Of a DNA stretch of 64,000 nt, positions 8,014 to 18,527 are shown in pieces (within the stretch, counting starts at the first letter, position 1; each line of letters begins with the position of its first letter). The stretch spans positions 4,510 to 68,509 of the forward strand of contig JAZSEC010000013.1 in assembly GCA_045531485.1 (NCBI GenBank). The letters run 5' to 3'. Made by a program: the position numbers and the translations under genes. This stretch comes from Eubacteriales bacterium (lineage in GTDB: Bacteria; Bacillota; Clostridia; Oscillospirales; CAG-272). The notes below the pieces were generated by a model. It did no database searches. It was not told the origin of the DNA and saw only the letters and a list, made by a program, of their open reading frames with translations.

Positions 8014-8017
8014 ATTT

Positions 8018-9334
8018 TCACCTCACTGGTTGATTTAATAAATGAACCACAGACTCTGTAACAGAAGGAATTGCGGCTTTAATAATACTTGAAATGGCCT
8101 TTAAGCCATCTCTCACTGCCTGCGTATTAATTTGAGAGAAGTAATATGACAAGTTTCTTCCTCCAGATGAAACCATTCTCCAAAATGAATTAGAAACGTG
8201 TTTAGAAGCAGAACCCGGTCCTCCAATTATTCCTGATGCTACCCCCATAAGAGTGCCATTTAAAGCTGCCAAAAAATATGCACCTTCTGCAACTTCCTTG
8301 GTCGATAAAACATCCTCTATGTGTACATTTAGCATGCTGCTTCCACCTCCAATAACAGCATTAACGGCTATTTGTCCAATAATTCCAACACCAGAGGCAG
8401 CTAATCCTCCGCTTATCGCACCACCTACAACAGAAACCCCCACTTTAGCCCAAAATTCTTCGAGGGTTGTTAAAGCAAAATCTTCATCGGATAATTGCGA
8501 AACAACAGAACTCACAAATCCCATAACAGCTCCAATGCCTGCGCCAATTAATATATTCCAAAATTCCCCATTACCATCAACTCTCATAACAGGGTTATTA
8601 TCACAGTAAGCATAAAGGTTCTTATCTGTGAGAGCCGTAGGGCTTGCCGCTATGACATCTGCGTGATCGGGACTGATAAACCTACAAATCTTAGCATCAT
8701 AATACCTTGACTGAAGATAGTACATACCGAGGTCGGTGTCGTAGTAATAACCTCTGTATCTGAAGGGATTGTAGGCTAATTCTCTCGTTCCATCTATAGT
8801 ATACCATATTTCTGATAGCATTTCAAGAGAATTATACACATATTCTTCAGAAAAACCGTTACCGTAGTTAATTTTCTTGAGTTTGCCATTGTTTGGATAA
8901 TACTCATAGGTGGCAAGGGTGCGATCGCCATTGCTTATTCCTGACTCCTCGTTGTACGTATTATAGCTTATAGTATACTCGGTAGAGTCTGTTGTTATTT
9001 TCTCTAAAAGATTACTATCATTGTAAGAATAGTCCACGTCAGAGCTTGTATAAGTTATCTTCTGATCAGTGGTATATGTATACGAACCGGGGCTAACCTT
9101 TTCAAGCCTGCCCATTTCGTCATATGTATATATCACAGCAGAATGATCGGAATAACCGATGAGCTCAAGCTGACCGTTATTAGCATTATATACGTAAGAG
9201 GTTTGATTACGTAAAGAGTCTATAGAATAATCCAAGGCTCCGAATATCTTAGAATTATCATCGGTAATATAGTAATAGTTTTTCCCGATGTATTCCTCTA
9301 ATGTTTTCATCATAGTGATTGCAAGAACAAACAC
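8018..9334 (-). CDS. 5'-truncated RHS/YD-repeat polymorphic toxin with a glycine-zipper-rich C-terminal domain
   Basis: YD repeats (YTYDEMGRL, YSYNDSNLL). RHS core end YRGYYYDTDLGMYYLQSRYYDAKICRFISPD...NLYAYCDNNPVMRVDGNG, followed by a ~190-aa Gly/Ala/Val-rich tail (GAGIGAVMGF, VGGAISGGLAASGVGIIGQ). Only 438 aa. The frame opens right after an upstream TAA. Confidence 0.85.
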   Translation of the reverse strand: MFVLAITMMKTLEEYIGKNYYYITDDNSKIFGALDYSIDSLRNQTSYVYNANNGQLELIGYSDHSAVIYTYDEMGRLEKVSPGSYTYTTDQKITYTSSDVDYSYNDSNLLEKITTDSTEYTISYNTYNEESGISNGDRTLATYEYYPNNGKLKKINYGNGFSEEYVYNSLEMLSEIWYTIDGTRELAYNPFRYRGYYYDTDLGMYYLQSRYYDAKICRFISPDHADVIAASPTALTDKNLYAYCDNNPVMRVDGNGEFWNILIGAGIGAVMGFVSSVVSQLSDEDFALTTLEEFWAKVGVSVVGGAISGGLAASGVGIIGQIAVNAVIGGGSSMLNVHIEDVLSTKEVAEGAYFLAALNGTLMGVASGIIGGPGSASKHVSNSFWRMVSSGGRNLSYYFSQINTQAVRDGLKAISSIIKAAIPSVTESVVHLLNQPVR

Positions 9335-9817
9335 TCCTTAACCTAAGTCGGACAAAAAAATAATTATTCTAGCATAAAACAATAGACCCTTGTTCGAGGT
9401 GACTCGGATGAGGGTATTTTTGTACTTATTTCTGCTCCTCACCTTACCTCGTTACCTCTCGGAAAGGCTCGGTTCCTATCCCTCGGTATTGGCATAAGGG
9501 CAATAAAAAAAGGCTGTAAACAGCTTGGGACAAATGCCCAATTAGTGCCGACAAAACTGCCACAGCACACAGAAAATGCCACAAAAACGCCACTTAACAA
9601 CCATTTCCATATAATTATTCCCTTTCATTGCAATAACGTACTCAAAAACGTATTGAATTTTGTGTTTTCTGAAAAGCACTACGTATTACCTCAAGCCACA
9701 CACATTAAATCCGACTAAGCGTTGCCACTTTTGGTACTACTATTATCGCTGTTATTGATGGTGGCAATCCTATGAGTTGGAAAATAATTGGATTTGTATT
9801 TTTGAGGCTGATTGGGG

Positions 9818-9846
9818 TTGAAAGTCAGGAAAAAGTGTGCTAATAT
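9818..9846 (+). promoter_or_regulatory. putative sigma-A promoter for the LRR lipoprotein gene
   Basis: TTGAAA (9818-9823), 17-nt spacer, TAATAT (9841-9846), with TG at -15/-14. Confidence 0.4.
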
Positions 9847-9935
9847 TATATTATGGAAGGATAAATAATCTAGGCTTTTATTAAGCCAGGCAGTATTATG
9901 TGCAATTCCCTACTACACAAGGAGAAAAAGCAATT

Positions 9936-12900
9936 ATGAAAAAAACAGCTCTTGTATTGGTGATTTTTATCTGCGTTTTATCGCTGACGTCATGCTTTTT
10001 AGAGGACGTTTTAGGCGGTATGGGATTTTTACCGCCAAGCTCAGACGATACGCATACTCATAGCTTCGGTGAATGGGTGACGGTAAAGGAGCCCACAAAG
10101 ACCGAAGATGGACTCAGGGAGAGAAGCTGTGAGTGTGGAGAAACCGAGCAAGAGGTCATTGACGCCTTGGGCGGTACTACAGACGATACGCCGGACGACA
10201 AGCCCGGCGAGGACAAGCCTGGGGAGGACAAGCCCGGCGAGGACAAGCCGACAGATCCCCCTGTACCAGACGAGCCACACTCTCATAGCTTCGGCGAATG
10301 GGTGACGGCAAGGGAGTCCAACTGCACGGAGGAGGGGCTTATGGAGAGAGTCTGCCAGTGCGGTGAGAAGGAGGAAAAGGTTATCGAGGCCAGTGGCCAC
10401 GATTATCAAGGCATTTTCTGCACACTGTGTCAGGGCAACAGAGCCACCGACGAGCTGGCATTTACTCTTAACGAGGATAATGAAAGCTATACCGTATCGG
10501 GCATCGGAGAATATTCCGGCAGTGAGCTGATCATTCCCGACAGTCATAATGGCAAGCCTGTTACCAGGGTTGGATATCACGCATTCAAGGACTGTGCCAC
10601 CATAGAAAAGGTAACTATTCCCCACAGCGTGCTTGAGATCGCCTTCGGTGCCTTCAGATCCTGCGGCTCCTTAACAAGCGTTAGCCTTTCGAACGGTGTA
10701 GAGAAAATAGACACAAATGCGTTTTACGAATGTCGCTCGCTGACCGAGATCACAATACCCGACAGCCTGCTTTATTTAGGTGAAGGAGCGATCGAAAACT
10801 GCGACAAGCTGACAAGAGTTGTTATCGGAAAAGGTCTTGAGGATATTAAGGTCAGCAATTTCGACGGATGTCCCTCTCTTCTTTCCATAGAGGTATCAAA
10901 GGATAACATCCATTATAAGTCCCAAGACGGAAACCTTTACAGCAAGGGTGGCGAGCTGCTTATTAAATACGCCATAGGCAAAGGAGCAACCTCCTTTACA
11001 ATTCCGAGCGGCGTTACCACCATATACCACGCGGCCTTTGAAAATTGCGACAATCTTACCGAAGTGGTGATTCCCGAGGGCGTAATCACCCTGGGAGAGA
11101 GATCCTTCTGCGACTGCGACTCGCTCACCGAGATAGTAATCCCGAACAGTGTATCTAATATCGGCAGATATGCATTTGCATATTCCTCTCTGCTTGCAAG
11201 CGTTACTATGGGAGGCGGTGTGACAGTCATCAACTCCTACGCCTTTGCCTTCTGTGACTCGCTGACAAGCATAGTCATGCCCGACACTGTAAGGAACCTT
11301 GGCACCGGTGCTTTTCAGGGCTGTGGAAAGCTCAAGAGCGTCAAGCTTTCAAGCGGATTGACCAGTATTTATGACAGTGCCTTTGCAAATTGCAGCTCGC
11401 TTGTGGATATAGAGATCCCCGAGAGCATTAAATTTATCGGAGATTATTCCTTTGGTGGCTGCACGTCGCTTAGTAGCATCGCTCTTCACAGCGGTGTATC
11501 GAAAATCGGAAAAGAGGCGTTCATCGGATGTACCTCACTTACAAGTGTGGAGCTGGATGTCGGCGGAAATCTGTCATATATCGGCAAGAGTGCCTTCAGC
11601 GGCTGTTCTCTGCTTTCGGACATAAAGATCCCCGACGCCCTGGCTTATCTTGGCGACTATGCCTTCAAGGGCTGTAATTCGCTTACCTATTCCGAGGCCT
11701 CCAATGCAGAATATATAGGAAATGATGACAATCCCTATATTATTCTGATGAGAGTGAAGGACAACGATCCTACCGGCTGCATCATAAGCTCTGACATTAA
11801 ATTTATACACAGCGATGCATTTTCCGGCTGCTCTACACTAACAAGCATCTCCCTCACAAACAATAAATCGCTGATAAGCATAGGCAGCTCTGCCTTCTAT
11901 AACTGTACATCGCTGAGGGAGATCAATCTTTACAGCTGTCCGATAAAGGAGATCGGAGGTAATGCATTCAAGGGCTGCAGCTCACTGCAAACCCTGAAAA
12001 TTCCCGACTGTATAGAAACCATCGGCAGCAATGCCTTTGTCGGATGTCCCGTTCAGAGTATCACCATTCCCGCCAAGATCATACCTATGCTGGAGAAGGA
12101 TGATCTGAGAGAGGCAACCATTACCAGTGGAGATGGCATTGAAAACTATGCCTTCGAGGGATGCTGGAGGCTCAGATACGTAACCATTTATAGCGGTCTT
12201 TCTTATATAGGAGATAGGGCCTTTGCTAATTGCACCATGCTCCTCAGCATATCGATCGGTGAGGGCGTGGAGATAATGGGCAGCGAAGTATTTTTAGGCT
12301 GCAATACATTAAATATCGTCCACGTTCCCGACAGCTTGATCAGCATCGGTAAAGACGCATTTAAGGACTGTTCCAACATAGAATACACTGTGTATAACGA
12401 TGCCAAGTATTTAGGCAACCAGAATAACCACTACGTATTATTGGTAAAGCATTCCGACCTGAAGTCTACCTCTTATACCATAGACACCGACACGAATATC
12501 ATCTATTATGAAGCGTTTAAAAACAAAAGCTCGTTGATTGACGTAACCATCGGCGACAGTGTAAGAACTATATGTGACAGTGCCTTCGAAAGATGCCGCT
12601 CGATGGAAAGTGTAACTATCGGTAACGGCGTGACCTACATTGGTGAAAACGCATTTGTTGATTGTAACTCATTAAAGAGCGTAACGCTGGGCAAGAGCGT
12701 AACAGATATCGGCCCCTATGCATTTGGGGAGTGCCGTATTGAAAGCATTCTGCTGCCCGAAAGTCTTAAAACAATAGGCTCTTACGCATTCTTCAATTGT
12801 CGTTTGACCGAAATATACATTCCGGAGGGAGTAATCAGCATTGGAGCAGGTGCATTCAGAGAGTGCTCCGATCTGGAAAAGATAACCGTATCGGAAAATA

Positions 12901-13676
12901 ATAAAAACTACAAGTCTGTTGACAGAAATCTTTACACGAAGGACGGCAAGGTGCTTATTCAATATGCTATAGGATACTCCGATGACTATGGAAACGCCTT
13001 TACCGTACCCAATGGTGTTACCAGAATAGAGGAGTGGGCATTCAGCTTTTGTTACCTGAAGGAGATAATATTGCCCGACAGTTTAGAGAGTATTGGCGAC
13101 AGTGCCTTCGTGCACTGTATGCTTTTAACGAGCATAGAGATTCCCGACGGTGTGACGACCATCGGTAACAGTGCCTTCTCAAAATGTTCGGATCTTATCA
13201 CCATATCACTTCCCGATACAATAACAAGCATAGGCATCAGAGTCTTCGATAATTGCCATTCGCTTGAATATACCGAGTATAAGGGAGGATATTATCTAGG
13301 AAACCGGGGCAATCCTTATTTAGTATTGGTTAAGATCGCCTCTCAGGATATCACCTCCTTCGAAATACACGAGGACACAAAAGCTATATGTGATGCCTTC
13401 AGTAATTGCAAGTCCTTGGAGAGTATAATAATACCCGACGGTGTAGTTTATATTGGCGAGCGAGCATTTTACGGAGCCAAGCTAATGGAAAAAATCATTA
13501 TTCCCGATAGCGTGATCGGCATTGGCCCTGAGGCGTTTAGCTACTGCGAGCTGCTGACAATTTACTGCGAGGCTGAGAGTATGCCAAGCGGATTTGACGC
13601 AGACTGGAATCTATACAACAAATATTCAAACAGCCTGAGCTACTGTCCCGTTGTGTGGGGATACGAGGGCGAATAA
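9936..13676 (+). CDS. large surface lipoprotein with BspA-type leucine-rich repeats
   Basis: Start refined to MKKTALVLVIFICVLSLTSC (lipobox; RBS AAGGAGA). Two H.HSFGEW...C.CGE modules and a PGEDK x3 repeat (15-bp DNA repeats, 10197-10250). These are followed by more than 30 repeats of the type IPDSVTSIGxxAFxxCxSLTSI. Confidence 0.85.
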   Translation: MKKTALVLVIFICVLSLTSCFLEDVLGGMGFLPPSSDDTHTHSFGEWVTVKEPTKTEDGLRERSCECGETEQEVIDALGGTTDDTPDDKPGEDKPGEDKPGEDKPTDPPVPDEPHSHSFGEWVTARESNCTEEGLMERVCQCGEKEEKVIEASGHDYQGIFCTLCQGNRATDELAFTLNEDNESYTVSGIGEYSGSELIIPDSHNGKPVTRVGYHAFKDCATIEKVTIPHSVLEIAFGAFRSCGSLTSVSLSNGVEKIDTNAFYECRSLTEITIPDSLLYLGEGAIENCDKLTRVVIGKGLEDIKVSNFDGCPSLLSIEVSKDNIHYKSQDGNLYSKGGELLIKYAIGKGATSFTIPSGVTTIYHAAFENCDNLTEVVIPEGVITLGERSFCDCDSLTEIVIPNSVSNIGRYAFAYSSLLASVTMGGGVTVINSYAFAFCDSLTSIVMPDTVRNLGTGAFQGCGKLKSVKLSSGLTSIYDSAFANCSSLVDIEIPESIKFIGDYSFGGCTSLSSIALHSGVSKIGKEAFIGCTSLTSVELDVGGNLSYIGKSAFSGCSLLSDIKIPDALAYLGDYAFKGCNSLTYSEASNAEYIGNDDNPYIILMRVKDNDPTGCIISSDIKFIHSDAFSGCSTLTSISLTNNKSLISIGSSAFYNCTSLREINLYSCPIKEIGGNAFKGCSSLQTLKIPDCIETIGSNAFVGCPVQSITIPAKIIPMLEKDDLREATITSGDGIENYAFEGCWRLRYVTIYSGLSYIGDRAFANCTMLLSISIGEGVEIMGSEVFLGCNTLNIVHVPDSLISIGKDAFKDCSNIEYTVYNDAKYLGNQNNHYVLLVKHSDLKSTSYTIDTDTNIIYYEAFKNKSSLIDVTIGDSVRTICDSAFERCRSMESVTIGNGVTYIGENAFVDCNSLKSVTLGKSVTDIGPYAFGECRIESILLPESLKTIGSYAFFNCRLTEIYIPEGVISIGAGAFRECSDLEKITVSENNKNYKSVDRNLYTKDGKVLIQYAIGYSDDYGNAFTVPNGVTRIEEWAFSFCYLKEIILPDSLESIGDSAFVHCMLLTSIEIPDGVTTIGNSAFSKCSDLITISLPDTITSIGIRVFDNCHSLEYTEYKGGYYLGNRGNPYLVLVKIASQDITSFEIHEDTKAICDAFSNCKSLESIIIPDGVVYIGERAFYGAKLMEKIIIPDSVIGIGPEAFSYCELLTIYCEAESMPSGFDADWNLYNKYSNSLSYCPVVWGYEGE

Positions 13677-13751
13677 CCTATTGTAACAGTATATTAACAT
13701 TATTAGTATATAATGGTATAATAGTGTATTATCAAGCACAAGGAGATAGTT

Positions 13752-14969
13752 ATGTCCAAGGAAGCGGTATTAAACAGATTATATAACGTAAAAAGGATCC
13801 GTCAAAACTACGAAAGACACGAGAAGCAGCAGGAGAAGTTTTACTCTGCCGCCAGAGCCGAGCAAAAGAAGATCAAGGAGCATTTCGAAAAGAAGGCTAC
13901 CGAGGTCGATAAGAGCGTCGAGGCATACTGCAGTGGCAAATGCAGCAAAACGCGTATTCCCTATATTATTATCAACCTAATCGTCTGCATTACCGTGATC
14001 GTTGGTACACTGTCCTTCCTTCAGCCCGTCTTTTCCCCGGGTGCTGAGCACGCGATGGAGGCCTACGACAAGGCGGTGGAGAATGACAACTTCTTTATCG
14101 CAAGATACATAAAGGACAACTACAAGAAAGCCTATGGAAAGGATGAGTATGGCGAATTCCTTACCCCTGAGGATAAGCTTCCCGAGGCACAGGCAGAATA
14201 TGAAAATATCCGCTATGGAGAGGTTTACGTCTGTCTTATCGGTGTTGCACTGCTATTCTTCGTGATTTCTGTAATCGTGGTGGCCTCCCTGGCCGAGATG
14301 AAGTATGTAGGACTTGTGCCATTTATCGGTGTGGTGACGCCAATATACAATCTGGTTATGGTCGTCATCTTCTTCATTGAAGCGACGAAGGCCGTCGGCT
14401 TCTTTAACGCACTTATCGGCGGACTCGTAAGCATTGTAGCTGCTATTCCCTTCATCTTCTTTGCGGGATATTCCTACGTCCTGCCTATTATTGCAATCCT
14501 TATCAGCTCCATTATCACCAGCGTTATCTGCAGCAAGGCCTGCACCAAGGTCTATGAGGAAGCGAAGAAGAGCGATCCCAAGGTGCTACAGATGTATAAG
14601 GAAAAGAAGGAGCTGCTTCGCAAGAGCAAGGACAACGCCACAGCCGCCTACAACAAGATTATGGAGGGCAGCAAGTCGAATCCCTATGACAGTGAATTCT
14701 TTGCTATCAAGGAGAACTATCTGACTAGCGGAAACGAGCTGTACGATATTATCTGGGCACTGGAGAACGACTACGCAACTACCATTGTGGAGGCGAGAAA
14801 GTTCCTCGATCAGAGAAGAAGAGATGCACAGACTCAGAAGCTGCTTGAGAGAAATGCAAAGAACATAGCCGATCTTGCCCAGGCGGAGTACAAGAACGCG
14901 GAGGCCACCAGAGCCCTCGCCAACAGACCCGTCGAGGTTAAGGTAACTGTTGAGGAATATTATTTATAA
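13752..14969 (+). CDS. hypothetical membrane protein with N- and C-terminal charged/coiled regions
   Basis: ORF track. Several hydrophobic helices in the middle. No family recognised. Confidence 0.65.
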   Translation: MSKEAVLNRLYNVKRIRQNYERHEKQQEKFYSAARAEQKKIKEHFEKKATEVDKSVEAYCSGKCSKTRIPYIIINLIVCITVIVGTLSFLQPVFSPGAEHAMEAYDKAVENDNFFIARYIKDNYKKAYGKDEYGEFLTPEDKLPEAQAEYENIRYGEVYVCLIGVALLFFVISVIVVASLAEMKYVGLVPFIGVVTPIYNLVMVVIFFIEATKAVGFFNALIGGLVSIVAAIPFIFFAGYSYVLPIIAILISSIITSVICSKACTKVYEEAKKSDPKVLQMYKEKKELLRKSKDNATAAYNKIMEGSKSNPYDSEFFAIKENYLTSGNELYDIIWALENDYATTIVEARKFLDQRRRDAQTQKLLERNAKNIADLAQAEYKNAEATRALANRPVEVKVTVEEYYL

Positions 14970-14980
14970 TCAAACAAAAA

Positions 14981-15010
14981 TGCGACTCCACTTGGAGTCG
15001 CATTTCTTTT
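14981..15010. terminator. bidirectional terminator between convergent genes
   Basis: gcgactcc-actt-ggagtcgc hairpin flanked by an A-run and a T-rich tract. Confidence 0.6.
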
Positions 15011-15011
15011 A

Positions 15012-16190
15012 TTATTCGGCAATATAAACGTCGCCGTCGGTGAGTCTGGCCCCCGAGATGAAGCTAGCACCGTGAACGCTTAGCTCACCTCTGTCAGCGG
15101 TTATCTCGCCACGGAAGGTGATGACCACCAGGTCGCCAACCTTAAGACCTACGTAATCGATATAGCGGCTGACGTAGGGACTGTCGGTCAGTACCTTAAA
15201 GGTCAAGCCGTCACGCTCACTGACGCAGAGGACGGTGTCGTTGATAAGAATATATCCGTCGCCGATCTCGGTAACCACACCTGCAAGGCTGCTCTCATAC
15301 TGCTCTGCCTCGGTGGGCGAGGAGCTTGACATAGCGTAATCAATAATGCGGCCGGCCGCGTCCGAGCCGATGAAATAGGTGCAGGAATAGTCGAATGCGT
15401 TGGTCCATATATATCCGCTTTCGTACACGCAAAGCACACGCTTATATACGCCGAGCGACTCGGAGGTGAAGGTAAAGCTGAGATGACCTCCCATGGGAGA
15501 GTCGGTTGTAAACGGAGCATCCGAGCAGTCAAGAAGCGTCTGCCTTATAAAAGCATCCGAGCTAAGAGCATAATATTTCTCGCTATTTCCCTCCGAGGCG
15601 GTAGAAAATTTAGACAGAGTCAGACTGCCGTCAAGACCGTACGCCTCCATAAGCTGACCGAGGGTGGCAGGCGAAGCTTGGTCGGAGGCAAAATAAACGT
15701 AATACCTACCGTCAATGCCCAAGGCGATCATACGGCCTGTGTCCACGTCCTTTATTTCGCTGACCTCCGCAGATTCGGTGCAGATCGTTCCCATATCGTC
15801 CTTGCCGCTTACGGTGATGCTACCAAGGTCGGCAGAAAGAAGCTGCTCGGATATCTCGCTGCCGCGGGCGTAATATTTCACACCGTTATAGCTGATCTGA
15901 GGATATTTCTCGCTTGGGGTCTTGTACTCCCAGGGATAGATTATCGCCATCTCGGTGGAGGTTATGGCAGAGGCCTTATAATGACGCTCGATGCCGCCTA
16001 TAATAACCTTATCACCCGAGTTGAATATGGGAAGCAGACTTCCGACAGCAATGAAAACGACCAAAAGACAAGCCGCGGCGGAAAGCCATTTTATCGCCCT
16101 TCCCCTTGCCGATCTGCCTCTACCCATGGCGTCGTGGACAAGCTCGTCGTCAATATTTCCCATGGCGTTGATTATTCTTGGATCACTCAT
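15012..16190 (-). CDS. putative anti-sigma factor (single TM segment, large extracytoplasmic domain)
   Basis: 4-nt overlap with the upstream sigma factor gene. The N-terminal cytoplasmic segment is followed by TM WLSAAACLLVVFIAVGSLLPIF. Confidence 0.55.
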   Translation of the reverse strand: MSDPRIINAMGNIDDELVHDAMGRGRSARGRAIKWLSAAACLLVVFIAVGSLLPIFNSGDKVIIGGIERHYKASAITSTEMAIIYPWEYKTPSEKYPQISYNGVKYYARGSEISEQLLSADLGSITVSGKDDMGTICTESAEVSEIKDVDTGRMIALGIDGRYYVYFASDQASPATLGQLMEAYGLDGSLTLSKFSTASEGNSEKYYALSSDAFIRQTLLDCSDAPFTTDSPMGGHLSFTFTSESLGVYKRVLCVYESGYIWTNAFDYSCTYFIGSDAAGRIIDYAMSSSSPTEAEQYESSLAGVVTEIGDGYILINDTVLCVSERDGLTFKVLTDSPYVSRYIDYVGLKVGDLVVITFRGEITADRGELSVHGASFISGARLTDGDVYIAE

Positions 16191-16738
16191 ATTTCAATGC
16201 CCTCCTTAAGTAGATGCTCTTTTAACCTTTGGCGAGTGCGGTAAAGCATACTTTTCACCCTGCTCTCGCTGAAGGAATAGCGACTCGCTATACTACCGAC
16301 CGAGTCGAAAAAGAAGTATTTTCTGATAAACACACGACGTGCGTCAACGCTCTCTGTACGGAGAAAATCGCTGATTGCTCGGGAAATATCCCCATCGCTG
16401 ACGCCCTCCCTGATGCTGTCGTCGGGAAGAATGTCGGCAAGCTCGTCGATGGAGATAAGCGTCGCTCTGCGTTTCTGCCTGGTCATAGCCTCCAGCCGCT
16501 TGAGCGACAGATTTCGTGCCACCTTTGACAGAAAGGCAGGAAAACGCACGGGTCTGGCAGGTGGGATCGCATTCCAAAGTCCAAGGTAGGTATCGTTTTC
16601 ACACTCCTGGGAGTCGGGATGATTGCCTAGGATATTGAAGGCTATGCCGTAGCAAAGCCTGCCGTACTTTGCCTTAGTTTCGGATATAGCCGCCTCGTCG
16701 CGAGCAAAATACAGATCTATTATTCTTTCGTCATCCAT
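16187..16738 (-). CDS. ECF-type sigma-70 family RNA polymerase sigma factor
   Basis: 183 aa. Region 2-like DLYFARDEAAISETKAKYGRLCYGIAFNIL...D and a region 4-like C-terminus SRVKSMLYRTRQRLKEHL. Confidence 0.85.
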   Translation of the reverse strand: MDDERIIDLYFARDEAAISETKAKYGRLCYGIAFNILGNHPDSQECENDTYLGLWNAIPPARPVRFPAFLSKVARNLSLKRLEAMTRQKRRATLISIDELADILPDDSIREGVSDGDISRAISDFLRTESVDARRVFIRKYFFFDSVGSIASRYSFSESRVKSMLYRTRQRLKEHLLKEGIEI

Positions 16739-16825
16739 AGAAGATACCTCCTTTCTTCACCTATTATGTACGTTTTTTTCGCATACGGTTGCAGAGTTTT
16801 TGATTTTTTTTACATTTTAAAAGAA

Positions 16826-16851
16826 AGAGCACCGATGGGATACGGTGCTCT
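16826..16851 (-). terminator. rho-independent terminator downstream of the O-antigen ligase-like gene
   Basis: agagcaccg...cggtgctct stem with a T-rich tract on the minus strand. Confidence 0.6.
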
Positions 16852-16880
16852 TATTATTATAAAGGAAGGCTATCCGGGGG

Positions 16881-18362
16881 TCAAGCCGCAGTCTGCTCAA
16901 TGGTAGGTCTTTCCGAGCCGAATTCCATAACGGTAAGTGCCATGGAATAGAAGAACACGGGAGCCACGTTGAAGAAATGACAGTCAAGAAGGCTCATACC
17001 GAGAAGAGTGACAATGGAGATAGCGATGAAGGTATTGGTAACGGTGGGCTTCTTAAAGAAGAAACGAATGGTTTCAATCCTGTGATAGCTGTACGCCAGC
17101 ATACCAACTGCACCACAGGCCGCGAGAAGCTGTACTACCGTATTGTGCCAACGGGGCGGGAAGAAGGAGCTGAAGGCCTCCACGTCGGAGAACTCAGGCA
17201 TACTGCCTGCCGCGGGATAGAAGGTCTGGCCGAAGATGGGATTATCAAGGAATACCTTAAGGCCCGCCTTGTAAAGATTGAATCGGCCGGAATCATTGAA
17301 GCTGATAGAGCCATCGTTGCCCTCGGCAATATCGGGAACGGCGTTGAACAGCTCGATGATCTCCTTATGGAAGAGAATAGCCGCAATACCGACGAAGCCG
17401 ATAAGTGCAAGGGTGGTAAGGTGGAACTCCTTCTTATTTCTTGCCTTAATGAAGGTGTAGATATAGGATACGGCAAAGGCGAACGCACCGCCAACCATAG
17501 AGCCTCTGGAGCAGCTGAGAATAACAGCCGCGAAGAGGAAGCAGCCGAGAATGGTGTACATAAAGTTATGCTTCTTCTTGCAGGCAAGATAGAAGGCGAA
17601 GGGGATGGACATGCTGATGATAGCACCGATATTGTTATAGCATCCCCAGCCGGAGTAGATCCTGCCACGGAGGATGGTGCCGTCGACGATAACGTCCTCG
17701 GCAATATAGATCCAGCCTACCTCAAGGGCTACGACAACGCCCATAATTACGCCGAACCAGGCGAAATAATCAACGTTGAATTTATCCCATCTTATAGTCG
17801 CACTAAAGAGAAAATAGAGTAAAAACAGCGACATAAACTGGATAAATGCAAACAAAAGATTACCTTTTACATACTCAAGGTACTTATCCGAGCCAATTCC
17901 GGACAGCATATATGAGCCGCCAAGTGCAAGCATACTGGCGGTGAAGAAGCGTTTCATGGTGAAGAGCTTCTTAAAGCCCATATTCTTATCGGTGGCAATT
18001 CTGGTAAGAATGATAACTACGGCAATCACGGCAATTATACCTATGTAAATGCCCGACGCACCGTAGAACAGACCCTGATCGCTCTTGCCGGGGTTATTTT
18101 TGATAGAGGGTGCGACGTACGCCAGAATAAACAGGGGCATATAAGTGGAGAAATCATCTCCGAAAAGGCCCACGTATGCGGCGTAAAGAATAATTATGGT
18201 ATAAAGAACCAGCTCCAGCGAGAATATGAACGCCAGAACGGTGAGTGCACCCATAATTGCTATACCCAAGGGTGAGCACATGATCCCGTTGATCCTCTTG
18301 ATAACGGGGGAGGTTTCTCTTATAGTGGTGAGATTGGGTTTAACCTTTTCTGCAGTAGCCAC
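16881..18362 (-). CDS. O-antigen ligase/polymerase (Wzy_C)-like polytopic membrane protein
   Basis: At least 10 hydrophobic segments and a SCSRGSMVGGAFAF loop typical of the family. Start moved to the GTG at 18362 (GGAGA 6-7 nt upstream). The track start at 18413 is a TTG without an RBS. Confidence 0.65.
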   Translation of the reverse strand: MATAEKVKPNLTTIRETSPVIKRINGIMCSPLGIAIMGALTVLAFIFSLELVLYTIIILYAAYVGLFGDDFSTYMPLFILAYVAPSIKNNPGKSDQGLFYGASGIYIGIIAVIAVVIILTRIATDKNMGFKKLFTMKRFFTASMLALGGSYMLSGIGSDKYLEYVKGNLLFAFIQFMSLFLLYFLFSATIRWDKFNVDYFAWFGVIMGVVVALEVGWIYIAEDVIVDGTILRGRIYSGWGCYNNIGAIISMSIPFAFYLACKKKHNFMYTILGCFLFAAVILSCSRGSMVGGAFAFAVSYIYTFIKARNKKEFHLTTLALIGFVGIAAILFHKEIIELFNAVPDIAEGNDGSISFNDSGRFNLYKAGLKVFLDNPIFGQTFYPAAGSMPEFSDVEAFSSFFPPRWHNTVVQLLAACGAVGMLAYSYHRIETIRFFFKKPTVTNTFIAISIVTLLGMSLLDCHFFNVAPVFFYSMALTVMEFGSERPTIEQTAA

Positions 18363-18527
18363 AGCATATCTCCTTGTAAAGTTTAGTAAAAAAGCTTTGC
18401 CATAAATCGACAACTATATTATCTAACTTTTCAGCCGAAAAGTCAATAGCTTTAACGTTTATTTATTTTATTTAATAAATTGCTCGGGCGTTATGGTGAG
18501 ATTTGCCCGATAAATCAGCTGAAGAAA

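Noticed and set aside
9335-9900. tRNA gene, att site or structured RNA upstream of the truncated RHS gene
   Set aside because: Only short hairpins and a 22-codon hydrophobic mini-ORF without an RBS were found. There is no T-arm (GGTTCGAATCC) or other recognisable RNA signature, so nothing can be supported.
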